Assembly (NCBI GenBank): GCA_046331465.1
Contig: JAXLQV010000001.1
Coordinates: 2,070,472-2,134,471 of the forward strand
DNA from: Thermoanaerobaculia bacterium
Lineage (GTDB): Bacteria > Acidobacteriota > Thermoanaerobaculia > UBA5066
Direction of reading: 5' to 3'
Length of the DNA: 64,000 nucleotides
Shown here piece after piece: positions 8,798-18,490 of the stretch (the first letter of the stretch is position 1; each line of letters begins with the position of its first letter). The notes under the pieces were generated by a model. It worked only from the letters and a program-made list of their open reading frames with translations. It had not been told where the DNA came from and ran no database searches. The position numbers were made by a program, and so were the translations under genes.

Positions 8798-9927
8798 CCG
8801 GCGACCGTGGCGGCGGCGAGGCCGAGCCGGCCCGCCGCGAGGAGCTCGTCGAAGACGGCGAGGAAGCGGAGGTTCTCCTCGTGCGTGCCGACGGAGAGGC
8901 GGAACGCGAGCGGGAATCCCCAGCCGCCCATCGGCCGGAGGATGACGCCGCGGCGCGCGAACTCGGGCTCCAGCGGCCCGAACGGGATCGGCAGCTCGAC
9001 GAGGAGGAAGTTCCCGAGCGAGGGGTTCACGACCGCCCCCCGACGGGCGAGCTCGGCGGCGAGGAAGGGACGCTCCGCGCGGACGAGGGCCTTCGTCCTC
9101 TCGCAGTGCTCCTCGTCGTCGAGGGCCGCCATGGCGGCCGCCTGCGCCGGTCCCGTCGTGTTGAACGGCTCCCGCACCTTGTTCATGGCCGCCGCGATCT
9201 CCGGCGGCGCGAAGGCGTAGCCGATCCGGAGGCCGGCGAGGCCGTAGATCTTCGAGAAGGTCCGGAGGACGACGACGTCGTGCCCGGCCTTCATGTACTC
9301 GAGGGCGTTCGGGTAGTCGGGCGTCTCGGAGGCGAACTCGAAGTACGCCTCGTCGATCACGACGACGACGTGCCCGGGAAGGCCGTCGAGGAGCTGGTCG
9401 AGGTCGGCCTTCGTCGCGTAGGCGCCCGTCGGGTTGTTCGGGTTCGCGAGCGCGACGACCTTCGTCTGAGGTCCGACGCGACGCTTCATCGCCTCGACGT
9501 CGGGCCGGTGGCCCGGCCGCGTCGGGACCTCGACGAAGACCCCGCCGGCGCGGCCGACGGCGACCGGGAACATCCGGAAGATCCCGGCCGGCACCACGAC
9601 CTCCTCGCCCGGGTCGACGAACGCCCGGACGACGATGTCGATCAGCTCGCACGAGCCGCAGCCGAGGAGGACCTGCTCGGCCGGGACCCCGTGGCGCGCC
9701 GCGAGCGCGCGCCGGAGGAAGGTTCCCGAGCCGTCCGGGTAGGAGTGGACGGAAGCCGTGGCGGCGAGCGCCGCGGCGATTGCCTTCGGCGAGGGCCCGA
9801 GCGGGTTCTCGTTCGAGGCGAGCTTCACGGCGCCGGAGATGCCGTACTCGGCCTCGACCTCCTCGACGGGACGCCCGGGAACGTACGGGGCGAGCTTCTG
9901 GACGGAGGAGCGCGGCGAGGGTCTCAT
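8794..9927 (-). CDS. hisC: histidinol-phosphate aminotransferase
   Basis: 377 aa. KLASNENPLGPSP, and FSKIYGLAGLRIGY carrying the PLP lysine. Confidence 0.88.
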   Translation of the reverse strand: MRPSPRSSVQKLAPYVPGRPVEEVEAEYGISGAVKLASNENPLGPSPKAIAAALAATASVHSYPDGSGTFLRRALAARHGVPAEQVLLGCGSCELIDIVVRAFVDPGEEVVVPAGIFRMFPVAVGRAGGVFVEVPTRPGHRPDVEAMKRRVGPQTKVVALANPNNPTGAYATKADLDQLLDGLPGHVVVVIDEAYFEFASETPDYPNALEYMKAGHDVVVLRTFSKIYGLAGLRIGYAFAPPEIAAAMNKVREPFNTTGPAQAAAMAALDDEEHCERTKALVRAERPFLAAELARRGAVVNPSLGNFLLVELPIPFGPLEPEFARRGVILRPMGGWGFPLAFRLSVGTHEENLRFLAVFDELLAAGRLGLAAATVAG

Positions 9928-10754
9928 CGCTTCACCTCACGGCGCGCCCGGGGTGTCCGGGGCGCCGGACTCTTCGGCTTCGCGGCCGGTCTCTTCGCGG
10001 CCGGCTTCCTGGCGGCGGCGGCCGCGCGCAGGGCTTCCAGCTCCTCCCGGCTCAGGTCGCGGAACCCGCCCGGGGGGATCGAGGCGTCGCGGATCGGGCC
10101 GATCGCCACGCGGCGGAGCTTCGACACCTTGTGCCCGACCGACTCGAGCATCCGGCGGACCTGCCGCGAGCGCCCCTCGCCGAGGATCACCTTCAGCCAG
10201 GCGTTCCCGCCGACACCGTCCTTCTCGGGCGTGGTGTCGATCAGCTCCACCGTCGCCGGGGCGGTCCGCGTCCCGTCGAGGAGGACGCCCCGCGCGAGCC
10301 TCGCGATCTTCGCGGGCGTCGGGACGCCCGAGACCTTCACCTCGTACTCCTTCCGGCAGCCGCCGGAGGGGTGGGCGATCCGGAAGGCGAGCGCCCCGTC
10401 GTTCGTCAGGAGGAGGAGCCCCTCCGAGTCGAAGTCGAGGCGCCCGACGGGGACGACCGGCTCCGAGACGCGTGTCCCGAGGAGCGCGTAGACGGTCGGC
10501 CGGTGCTGCGGGTCGTCGCGCGTGACGACGACGCCGCGCGGCTTGTTCATCAGGATGTAGCGGGGCGCCGCTGCCGTGCGGAGCCGCTTCCCGTCCACCT
10601 TGACGTGGTCGACCGCGGGGTCGGCCTTCGTGCCGAGCTCGGTGACGACGCGGCCGTTCACCGTGACGCGGCCCTCGAGGATGATCTCCTCGGCGCCCCG
10701 CCGCGACGCGACGCCCGCGGCGGCGAGGAGCTTCTGCAAACGCTCAGCCGGCAT
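9924..10754 (-). CDS. rluB: rRNA pseudouridine synthase, RsuA/RluB family, with a Lys/Arg/Ala-rich tail
   Basis: Last 276 aa of track ORF 9924..10970. N-terminal S4 domain (RLQKLLAAAGVASRR), catalytic GRLDFDSEGLLLLTNDG, and GRSRQVRRM. Confidence 0.85.
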   Translation of the reverse strand: MPAERLQKLLAAAGVASRRGAEEIILEGRVTVNGRVVTELGTKADPAVDHVKVDGKRLRTAAAPRYILMNKPRGVVVTRDDPQHRPTVYALLGTRVSEPVVPVGRLDFDSEGLLLLTNDGALAFRIAHPSGGCRKEYEVKVSGVPTPAKIARLARGVLLDGTRTAPATVELIDTTPEKDGVGGNAWLKVILGEGRSRQVRRMLESVGHKVSKLRRVAIGPIRDASIPPGGFRDLSREELEALRAAAAARKPAAKRPAAKPKSPAPRTPRARREVKR

Positions 10755-11724
10755 GCTCGTCCTCCTCCGTGGCCGGGCTCCCCGAGCCCTCCACGGGTCC
10801 CTCTTCCTCCGCCGTGGTGGAGGCCGGTCCGACCGGCTCGGCCGCGGCCACGTCCGGAGCCGGCGCGGCCTCCCCGGGCTCCGGGGCGATCGTCTCCCCG
10901 GACGTTTCTCCGGCGGGCTCCGCCGCCGCGGCCGGCGCTCCGGCCTCCGCGACGTCGACGACGTCCTCAACCTCGCCGGTCGCCTCGTCCACGTGGAAGA
11001 GCTCGACCTGCGCGGGGTCGGGCTTCGGCGACTCGAGCCCGTAGATCGCCTCGAGCTCCTCCGGCTTCGGCAGGTCGCCGATTCCCTTCAGGCCGAAGTG
11101 GACGAGGAACTCCTTCGTCGTCTTGTAGAGGAAGGGGGTCCCGACGACCTCCTTCCGGCCAGCCGTCGTGATGAGCTTCCGGTCGAGGAGGGTCCGGATC
11201 GAGGACGAGGAGTTCACGCTCCGCAGCTCGGCGATCTCCGGCCCGGTGACGGGCTGGCGGTAGGCGACGATCGCGAGAGTCTCGAGCGCGGCCATCGAGA
11301 GCTTCGTCTTTCCGTCGAGGCCGAGGAGCCGGCGGACGGGGTAATCGTACTCGGGCCGCGTCACGAGGCGCACGCCGCCGGCGACCCGGTCGAGGCGGAC
11401 CCCCCGCCCGCTGGCGGAGCAGGCGGCCTCGAGGACGGAGACGGCCCTCTCCACGACCTCCTCGGGCAGCTCGGCCGCCTCGGCGAGCTTGTCGAGCGCC
11501 ACCGGCTTGGAAGCCGCGAAGAGGAGCGCCTCGACGAGCGGCAGCGCTTCCGCGAGGGGATCCTCGGCCGGCGCGCCCGGGGGCGAGGGCTCCGGCTCGG
11601 AGCCGGCCGCCGGCGGCTCGCCGGCGCGGGTTGCGGCTTCGGCCTCCGCGGCCAGCGCCTCGGCGGCGGGCCCCGGCGTCTCCGGCTCGGAGCCGGGCAT
11701 CGTCTCGTCTCGCTCTTCGGTCAT
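10744..11724 (-). CDS. scpB: segregation and condensation protein B with long acidic/Pro-rich N- and C-terminal extensions
   Basis: 326 aa. Core LVEALLFAASKPV ... ALETLAIVAYRQPVTGPEIAELR ... LITTAGRKEVVGTPFLYKTT. Immediately downstream of scpA. Confidence 0.85.
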   Translation of the reverse strand: MTEERDETMPGSEPETPGPAAEALAAEAEAATRAGEPPAAGSEPEPSPPGAPAEDPLAEALPLVEALLFAASKPVALDKLAEAAELPEEVVERAVSVLEAACSASGRGVRLDRVAGGVRLVTRPEYDYPVRRLLGLDGKTKLSMAALETLAIVAYRQPVTGPEIAELRSVNSSSSIRTLLDRKLITTAGRKEVVGTPFLYKTTKEFLVHFGLKGIGDLPKPEELEAIYGLESPKPDPAQVELFHVDEATGEVEDVVDVAEAGAPAAAAEPAGETSGETIAPEPGEAAPAPDVAAAEPVGPASTTAEEEGPVEGSGSPATEEDEHAG

Positions 11725-11728
11725 CGTC

Positions 11729-12538
11729 TCAGCGGTATTCCTCTTCGTAGCCGTCGAGCGCCAGGTTCTCGCCCGTCGGCTCGAGGTAGATCTCTCCGAA
11801 CTCCTCCGCCTGCAGCGCCCTCACGAGGAGGAGGCGGAGCAGCTCGAGGACGGCGAGGAAGACGGCGATCGCCTCGGCGCGCCCGGACAGGCCCCGGAAG
11901 ACCTCCGAGAGCGCCACGCGCCCCGTCTCGCGGACGCGTCCGGCCATGTCCTGCATCTTCTCGCGGATGGAGAACTTCTGCGCGACGATCGCCATCGCGG
12001 GCGGGTTCAGCGCGCGGAAGCGGTCGACGACGTTCTTGAAGTGCGTCAGCAGGTCGAAGAGCGAGACCTCCGAGAGGTCGGTCTCCTCTTCCTCGTCCGG
12101 CGCCGCCTCGGGGTGGTAGGCCGGGCGCGGGTACATCCCGATCCGGTCCACCTCGTAGACGTGCAGCGTCTCCGCGACGCCCTTGAACTTCCTGTACTGC
12201 AGCAGCCGGTTGACGAGCTCCTCGCGCGGGTCGGGCACGTCCCCGCCGTCCGGGGCCGGCGTCCGCGGGAGGACCATCTGGCTCTTGATCTGGACGAGGA
12301 GCGCCTCGACGTAGAGGAACTCGGCCGCGACCTCGAGGTCGAGCTCCACCATCAGGACGAGGTACTCGTGGTACTGGCGGCAGATGTCGACGACCGGGAT
12401 GTTCCGGAGGTCGATCTCGTCCTTGCGGATCAGGTGGAGCAGGAGGTCGAGCGGCCCCTCGAACTGCGGCAGGTGCACCGGGTAGGGCTGGACGATCTCA
12501 GCCCCGGGCGGGATCGGGATCCGGATGCCTTCGGCCAC
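11729..12538 (-). CDS. scpA: segregation and condensation protein A
   Basis: Last 269 aa of track ORF 11729..12823, from GTG 12538. FEGPLDLLLHLIRKDEIDLRNIPV ... ICRQY is the ScpA signature. Confidence 0.85.
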   Translation of the reverse strand: MAEGIRIPIPPGAEIVQPYPVHLPQFEGPLDLLLHLIRKDEIDLRNIPVVDICRQYHEYLVLMVELDLEVAAEFLYVEALLVQIKSQMVLPRTPAPDGGDVPDPREELVNRLLQYRKFKGVAETLHVYEVDRIGMYPRPAYHPEAAPDEEEETDLSEVSLFDLLTHFKNVVDRFRALNPPAMAIVAQKFSIREKMQDMAGRVRETGRVALSEVFRGLSGRAEAIAVFLAVLELLRLLLVRALQAEEFGEIYLEPTGENLALDGYEEEYR

Positions 12539-12546
12539 TCGGGGAC

Positions 12547-13542
12547 TCAGAGGAGCTTCATGGCGTCCGCGACGCGCTTCATGGTCTCGGCGGCGAAGGC
12601 GCGCGCCTTCTCGCCCCCCTCCTCGAGGACCTCGCGGACGTACCCCGGCTTCGCCGTGATCTCGGCCCGCTTCGCGCGCACCGGCTCGAGCGCGGCGTTC
12701 ATGTTCCGGATGAGGTGCTTCTTGCAGTCGACGCAGCCGCGCGCCGCCGAGCGGCACTCGGCGTCGACCTGGGCGACCTCCTCCTTCGGCGAGTAGAGGA
12801 GGTGGAACGGGAAGAGGTTGCACGTGTCCGGGTCGCCCGGGTCGGCGCGGCGGGCGCGCTTCGGGTCGGTCACCATCGACATGACCTTCACCCGGATCTC
12901 CTCCGCCGAGTCGGAGAGGGCGATCGTGTTCCCGTAGCTCTTCGACATCTTCCGGCCGTCGAGGCCGGGGACCTTCGGCGTCGCCGTGAAGAGCGCCTGC
13001 GGCTCCGGGAAGACCTCCCCGTACATCCCGTTGAAGCGGCGGACGATCTCCCGGCAGATCTCGAGGTGGCTCTCCTGGTCCTTCCCGACCGGGACGCAGT
13101 GCCCGCGGTAGAGGGCGATGTCGGCCGTCATCAGGACCGGGTAGCCGAGGAAGCCGAACGTGCCGAGGTCCTTCTCGCGGAGCTCCTGGAGCTGCTCCTT
13201 GTAGGTCGGCACCCGCTCGAGCCAGCCGAGCGGCGTGATCATCCCGAAGATGAGCGCGAGCTCGGCGGTCTGCGGCACCTGGGACTGGACGAAGATGACC
13301 GACTTCTCCGGGTCGAGGCCCACCGAGAGCCAGTCCGTCACCGCCTCGAGCGTCGCCTCGCGGATCGCGGACGTGTCGGCGTAGTCGGTCGTCAGGGCGT
13401 GCAGGTCGGCCACGAAGTAGCGGCAGGCGTACTGGTCCTGCAGGTCGACCCAGTTCTTCACCGCGCCCCAGTAGTTGCCGAGGTGGACGCGCCCCGTCGG
13501 GCGCAGGCCCGAGAGGACGATCTTCTTCGCCGGTTCGCTCAC
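12547..13542 (-). CDS. trpS: tryptophan--tRNA ligase
   Basis: Last 331 aa of track ORF 12547..13977, from GTG 13542 (GTGA overlap). SGLRPTGRVHLGNY (HIGH region), KMSKS, GKDQESH. Confidence 0.92.
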   Translation of the reverse strand: MSEPAKKIVLSGLRPTGRVHLGNYWGAVKNWVDLQDQYACRYFVADLHALTTDYADTSAIREATLEAVTDWLSVGLDPEKSVIFVQSQVPQTAELALIFGMITPLGWLERVPTYKEQLQELREKDLGTFGFLGYPVLMTADIALYRGHCVPVGKDQESHLEICREIVRRFNGMYGEVFPEPQALFTATPKVPGLDGRKMSKSYGNTIALSDSAEEIRVKVMSMVTDPKRARRADPGDPDTCNLFPFHLLYSPKEEVAQVDAECRSAARGCVDCKKHLIRNMNAALEPVRAKRAEITAKPGYVREVLEEGGEKARAFAAETMKRVADAMKLL

Positions 13543-14213
13543 GAGGGACCTCCGAGCAGCAGGTGGAACAGGAACCTCTGCGGCGGCCCCAGGAGGGCCG
13601 AGAGACCCCCGGTGAAGATCGCCACGACGAGGAGGATGAAGCCGTACTTCCGCACCCACATCACGCCGCGGATCCAGCTCCGCGGCGCGAAGCTCTCGAC
13701 GACGCCGAAGCCGTCGAGGGGCGGGATCGGGACGAGGTTGAAGATGCCGAGGGAGACGTTCACGCCGACCGTGAAGAGGGCGACGAGGAGGAGCGGGTAG
13801 AAGAGCGAGGCCTTCAGCTCCGGGCCTCCCGGCGCGAAGGCCCGGAGGGCGAAGAAGGCGACGCCCCCGAGGATCGCGACCAGGAAGTTCGAGACGGGAC
13901 CCGCCGCCGAGACGAGGAGGTTCGCCCGGCGCGGGTTCCTCACCCCGCGGAGCGAGACCGGTACGGGCTTCGCCCACCCGAAGACCGGGGCGCCCGTGAA
14001 CGCGAGGAGCGCCGGGACGAGGAGGCTCCCGAACAGGTCGAGGTGCTTCAGCGGGTTGAGGGTGATCCGGCCGAGGTCGCGGGCGGTCGTGTCGCCGCAG
14101 CGGAGCGCCATCCAGCCGTGCGCGGACTCGTGCACGGAGACCGCGAACAGGAGGGCGGCCACCTGGATGACGATCTCGAGGACCTTTTCTGGGGAGACGG
14201 GTGCGTCGGGCAC
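13539..14213 (-). CDS. site-2 protease family (peptidase M50) membrane metalloprotease
   Basis: 224 aa, polytopic. HESAHG zinc motif in the first TM region, and NLVPIPPLDG. Confidence 0.8.
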   Translation of the reverse strand: MPDAPVSPEKVLEIVIQVAALLFAVSVHESAHGWMALRCGDTTARDLGRITLNPLKHLDLFGSLLVPALLAFTGAPVFGWAKPVPVSLRGVRNPRRANLLVSAAGPVSNFLVAILGGVAFFALRAFAPGGPELKASLFYPLLLVALFTVGVNVSLGIFNLVPIPPLDGFGVVESFAPRSWIRGVMWVRKYGFILLVVAIFTGGLSALLGPPQRFLFHLLLGGPS

Positions 14214-14240
14214 GGTCGGGTCGTCCGAAAACGCCCGATC

Positions 14241-14615
14241 CTACGTGCCCCCTCCGGGGGCGTCAATCGAGGCGCCGGCCGCGCGCCGCTCCGCCGCGAT
14301 CCCCTCTTCCGCCGTCCGGTAGTGGCCGAAGCGCCCCGCTGCAACGCTCTGGGCGAGAAAGGGGTTCTGGTCGCCGACGCCCGAGAGGGCGAGCGAGCCT
14401 CCGGCGGCCGCGAAGCGCCCCTGCTCCCGCATCAGGACTGCGACGATGGTCGTCGGGAGGGAGCTGCAGCCGGAGAGGTCGACGACGCAGCGCAGGGCGC
14501 CGTTCTCGCGCGCGACACGGAGGTACTCGGTGATCGTCGAGGCTTCGGTCAGGGTCACGTCGCCGCGGACGCGGAGGGCCGCCACGGCGCCGTCGGTCTC
14601 GAGGGAAAGCTCCAC
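14241..14615 (-). CDS. STAS domain protein (anti-sigma-factor antagonist-like)
   Basis: 124 aa. The pattern LRVRGDVT ... VVDLSGCSSLPTTIVAVLM ... GGSLALSGV fits a SpoIIAA/STAS fold. GTG start. Confidence 0.65.
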   Translation of the reverse strand: MELSLETDGAVAALRVRGDVTLTEASTITEYLRVARENGALRCVVDLSGCSSLPTTIVAVLMREQGRFAAAGGSLALSGVGDQNPFLAQSVAAGRFGHYRTAEEGIAAERRAAGASIDAPGGGT

Positions 14616-14666
14616 GGCGCGAGGATGCCACAGCGCGGATGCCCCGAAGCGCCGCCGTGAGGTGCG

Positions 14667-16772
14667 TCACCCCCGCGCGCGACGAAGGAGGAGCGGCTCC
14701 TCGAACGGCGCCGCAAGCCCCGACGCCACGAGGCCGGAGGCGACCTCCTTCGCCCTGGCGAGGAGCTCGCGGTCCGCAAGCGGGTCGGCGAGGCGGAAGT
14801 CGGGAAGCCCGCTCTGCCGCGTGCCGAGCGCCTCCCCGGGGCCGCGGCGCCGGAGGTCCTCCTCGGCGACGAGGAACCCGTCGTCCGTCCGCGCGAGGAC
14901 GGCGAGGCGGGAAAGCGCCTCGGGGGAAGCGCCTTCTCCGGAGAGGAGGACGCAGGTCGACGGGCGCGGGCCCCGGCCGATCCTCCCCCGGAGCTGGTGG
15001 AGCTGGGCCAGGCCGAACCGCTCGGCGTTCTCGACGAGGAGGAACGAGGCCTCGGGGACGTCGATCCCGACCTCGACGACCGTCGTCGCGACGAGGACGT
15101 CGAGCTCCCCCGCCGCGAACTGCCGCATCGCCTTCTCGCGCGCCTCGGCCTTCATCCTTCCGTGGATCGCGCCTACGCGGCGGCCCGGGAGGCGGCGCGA
15201 GACCTCCTCCGTCCACGAGGCGACGGACCGCGCGTCGATCGTCTCCGACTCGTCGACGAGAGGGACGACGACGTAGCCCCTCCCGCCCGTCTCGACGTCG
15301 CGGGCGAGGGCGCGGTAAGCCGATTCGCGCCCCTCCTCGTCCGCGACCCGCGTCGCGATCGGCGTCCGGCCGGGGGGCTTCTCGTCGAGCGTCGAAACGT
15401 CGAGGTCCCCGTGGAGGGCGAGGGCGAGCGACCGGGGGATCGGCGTCGCCGAGAGGACGAGGACGTGCGGGTGCTCTCCCCCGGCCGCGCCGCGCGCCGG
15501 GAGCGTGGCCCTCTGGGCGACGCCGAACCGGTGCTGCTCGTCCACCACGACGAGGCCCAGCCTCCGGAACGCGACCGGCTTCTCCAGGAGCGCGTGCGTC
15601 CCGACGAGGAGGCCGATCTCTCCCTCCTCGAGCGCGGCCAGGAGGGCGGCGCGCGGCCGGCCCGTCACGCGCGCCGTCAGGAGGGCCGGCGTCACCTCCG
15701 TCCCCGCGAGGAGCCGGAAGACCGTCTCGGCGTGCTGCTCGGCCAGGATCGTCGTCGGGGCCATGAAGGCCGACTGGTATCCCCTCCCCGCCGCGAGGAG
15801 CGCCGTGAGGACCGCGACGATCGTCTTCCCGCTCCCGACGTCGCCCTGGAGGAGGCGCGCCATCGGGTGCCCGGAGCGGAGGTCGGCGCCGATCTCGCGG
15901 ACGGCCTGCTTCTGCGCGCCGGTGAGCGGGAACGGGAGGATCGACGCGAGCTTCCTCCGGAGCGCCGCGTCGGCCGCGATCCGCGGCGCGGGGCGCCGGG
16001 CCCGTTCGCGCCGCCGCCGCGCGAGGGCGACCTGGAACTCGACGAGCTCCTCCAGGGCGAGGCGGGCGAGGTGCGGCGAGCTCCTCGCCTCCCACGGCCC
16101 CGGGTCCGCCTCGCCCCCGGCGCTTCCCGGGAAGTGGGCCTCCCGGAGCGAGTCGACGAGCGTCGGAAGGCCGAGCTCGCGGACGAGCTCCGCCGGGAGG
16201 CGTTCCGGGAGGAGCGGGGCGGCCTCCGCGAGCGCCCGGGCGACGAGCCGCCGCCGGACCCTCGGCGGTAGGCCCGTCAGCGACCGGTAGATCGGGACGA
16301 CGCGCCCGACGGAGAGCGCGGCGTCGGCCTCGTCCGCCGGCTCGGGCTCGACGTGCGGAGACTCCACGACGACCCGCTTCCTCGCGACGGCGCGCCCGTG
16401 GACGAAGACCCGCGTTCCCGGGGTCATCCAGCGAGCCAGCCAGGGCTGGTTGTAGAAGACGAGCCCGACGCTCCCCGACCCGTCCTCGAGCGTCGCCTCG
16501 AAGATCGTGAAGCCGCGCCGGCGGGTCCTCACGAGCCGGGCCGAGGCGAGGATTCCGGCGAGGGTGAGGGGCGGTCCGCCCGCGACGAGGTCCGCAATTC
16601 GCGCGAAGCGGGCCCGGTCCTCGTGGCGGAACGGAAGCTCGAGGAGGAGGTCGAGGACCGTCGCGAGGCCAGCGTCCGCGAGCGCCGCGGCGCGGGACGG
16701 GCCGATGCCCGGGAGCCCCGCGAGCGGCGTCTGCGGGGTGAGCGGCTCCCGCCCGCGCGCGACGCGCGGCAC
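14667..16772 (-). CDS. recG: ATP-dependent DNA helicase RecG
   Basis: 701 aa. Wedge domain, Walker A GDVGSGKT, DEQHRFGV, LSATPIPR, HQLRGRIGRG. Confidence 0.92.
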   Translation of the reverse strand: MPRVARGREPLTPQTPLAGLPGIGPSRAAALADAGLATVLDLLLELPFRHEDRARFARIADLVAGGPPLTLAGILASARLVRTRRRGFTIFEATLEDGSGSVGLVFYNQPWLARWMTPGTRVFVHGRAVARKRVVVESPHVEPEPADEADAALSVGRVVPIYRSLTGLPPRVRRRLVARALAEAAPLLPERLPAELVRELGLPTLVDSLREAHFPGSAGGEADPGPWEARSSPHLARLALEELVEFQVALARRRRERARRPAPRIAADAALRRKLASILPFPLTGAQKQAVREIGADLRSGHPMARLLQGDVGSGKTIVAVLTALLAAGRGYQSAFMAPTTILAEQHAETVFRLLAGTEVTPALLTARVTGRPRAALLAALEEGEIGLLVGTHALLEKPVAFRRLGLVVVDEQHRFGVAQRATLPARGAAGGEHPHVLVLSATPIPRSLALALHGDLDVSTLDEKPPGRTPIATRVADEEGRESAYRALARDVETGGRGYVVVPLVDESETIDARSVASWTEEVSRRLPGRRVGAIHGRMKAEAREKAMRQFAAGELDVLVATTVVEVGIDVPEASFLLVENAERFGLAQLHQLRGRIGRGPRPSTCVLLSGEGASPEALSRLAVLARTDDGFLVAEEDLRRRGPGEALGTRQSGLPDFRLADPLADRELLARAKEVASGLVASGLAAPFEEPLLLRRARG

Positions 16773-16775
16773 GGG

Positions 16776-17558
16776 TCAGCTCTGCGTGACGCGGAACGTG
16801 AGGTCGACGAGTCCGAAGCGGAGGCGGTCGCCGTCCTTCAGCGTCACCGGCGAGCCGGTCGCGATCCGCTTCCCGTTGACGAACGTCCCGTTCATCGTCC
16901 CGATCTCCTCGACGACCTGGAACTCCCCCTCCGTCCGGACGATCTTCGCGTGCCGCCGCGAGACCGAGCGCGGGCCGTCGAGGTTCGTCAGGTCGACGTC
17001 GGGCCGGATCCCGGTGACCGGGTCGATCCTCCCCACGAGCGTCTCCGCGTCGCGGTTCAGGTAGAACTCCTCGACGCCCCCGTCGGCGACGAGGCGGTAG
17101 ATCTCGTCCCGCGCCCCCGGGCGCTCGAAGAAGTCGGAGGACTCGTCGAGGGCCGGCGCCTTCCCCGTCGACTGCTCGAGCAGGGCGGTGGTCTCGCGGA
17201 GGCGCCGCGAGAGCTTCCGGAGCATCCGGACGGCGATCTCGCCGTTGTGCCGGAGCATCTCGTCGAACGTCGCCTGGTTGATCTTCACGAGCTCGACGTC
17301 CGTCTTCGCGATCGCGTCCGCCGTCCGGGGCACGTCCTCGAGGATCGACATCTCGCCGAAGAAGTCGCCCCGCTCGAGGACGGCGAGCGACTTGTGCCCC
17401 TCCTTCACCCTCTTGGCGATCTCCACCGATCCCGACTGGATGACGAACATCTCGGTGCCGAGGTCTCCCTCGGCGAAGACCATCGTCCCCGCCGGGAGCT
17501 TGACGATGTAGTCCTCGAAGCCCGCCGAACCTCCGCCCGACTTCAGCACGACTTTCAC
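16776..17558 (-). CDS. cyclic-nucleotide-binding domain / FHA domain fusion protein
   Basis: 260 aa from GTG 17558 (GTGA overlap with the ldcA stop). The N-terminal half has GDFFGEMSIL...PRTADAIA (cNMP phosphate-binding cassette). The C-terminal half has VGR...SRRHAKI...GTMNGTFVNGKRI...GDRLRFG (FHA). Confidence 0.75.
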   Translation of the reverse strand: MKVVLKSGGGSAGFEDYIVKLPAGTMVFAEGDLGTEMFVIQSGSVEIAKRVKEGHKSLAVLERGDFFGEMSILEDVPRTADAIAKTDVELVKINQATFDEMLRHNGEIAVRMLRKLSRRLRETTALLEQSTGKAPALDESSDFFERPGARDEIYRLVADGGVEEFYLNRDAETLVGRIDPVTGIRPDVDLTNLDGPRSVSRRHAKIVRTEGEFQVVEEIGTMNGTFVNGKRIATGSPVTLKDGDRLRFGLVDLTFRVTQS

Positions 17559-18490
17559 GAGAGGAACTCCTCCTCGACCGAGAGCGTTCGGGTCGCGCCG
17601 TCCCAGGAGCACCTCGCCCCCACGGGAAGCGGCACGTTCGGGCCGGCGTGGCCGAACGGGAGGCCCGAGGCGACCGGGACCCCGAGCGGGGCGAACCGGT
17701 CGAGGAGGAGCCGGCGGAGCCGCTCCGGGTCCTCCACGCCTCCGAACGTCACGCGTGTCATGCAGCCTGTGATGATACCGGCCAACCGGCCGAACCGTCC
17801 CGCCGAAGCGAGCGTGCCGAGCATCCGGTCGACCCGGTAGGCCTCTTCGCCGACCTCCTCGAGGAAGAGGAGCGCGCCGTCGTAATCGAACTCCCAGGGG
17901 CTTCCGACGAGGGACGCGAGGAGCGAGAGGCAGCCGCCGACGAGCGGTCCCTCGGCCCGGCCGCCGACGAGGACGTCGGCCGACGGGACCTCGAGCCGGA
18001 GCGTCGCGCGCCCCTCGAGGAGCGCCGGGAACCAGGCCGCGGTGAGGTCGTCGAGAGGCCTCGCCAGCTCGGCGGCGACCATCGGCCCGTGGACGGAGAC
18101 GAGCCCGCAGCGCTCGCGCAGGAACGCCGAGAGCGCCGTCAGGTCGGAGAAGCCGCAGTGGAGCTTCGCGGTCTCCCGCAAGAGCTCCTCGGGGAGGCGC
18201 CCCAGCAGACGCGTGACGCCGTAGCCTCCCCGGGCGAAGAGGATCGCGTCGACCTCGGGGTCCTCGACGAGCGCGAGGTAGCCCCCGAGGCGTTCCTCGT
18301 CGTCGCCCGCGAGGCCGAGGAGAGCGTCGCGCGAGAGGACGTTCGCGGCGGGGCGCACGCGGTATCCGAGGGCTTCGAGGGCGCGGACGCCCGCCGCGAG
18401 GTCTTCCTCGCGGACCGGGCCGGAGAGGGCTGCGACGCCCACGACACCGCCCGGGACGAGCCGCCTCGGACGGCGCAGGGGGCCCGTCAC
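17555..18490 (-). CDS. ldcA: LD-carboxypeptidase (peptidase S66)
   Basis: Last 311 aa of track ORF 17555..19183, from GTG 18490. ARGGYG, nucleophile motif GFSDLTAL, LEEVGEEAYRVDRML, GLPFGH. Confidence 0.85.
   Translation of the reverse strand: MTGPLRRPRRLVPGGVVGVAALSGPVREEDLAAGVRALEALGYRVRPAANVLSRDALLGLAGDDEERLGGYLALVEDPEVDAILFARGGYGVTRLLGRLPEELLRETAKLHCGFSDLTALSAFLRERCGLVSVHGPMVAAELARPLDDLTAAWFPALLEGRATLRLEVPSADVLVGGRAEGPLVGGCLSLLASLVGSPWEFDYDGALLFLEEVGEEAYRVDRMLGTLASAGRFGRLAGIITGCMTRVTFGGVEDPERLRRLLLDRFAPLGVPVASGLPFGHAGPNVPLPVGARCSWDGATRTLSVEEEFLS

Noticed and set aside
14241-14615. STAS protein as part of a partner-switching (anti-sigma/anti-anti-sigma) module
   Set aside because: No HATPase-type anti-sigma kinase, PP2C phosphatase or sigma factor gene is adjacent. 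It is an orphan STAS domain only.
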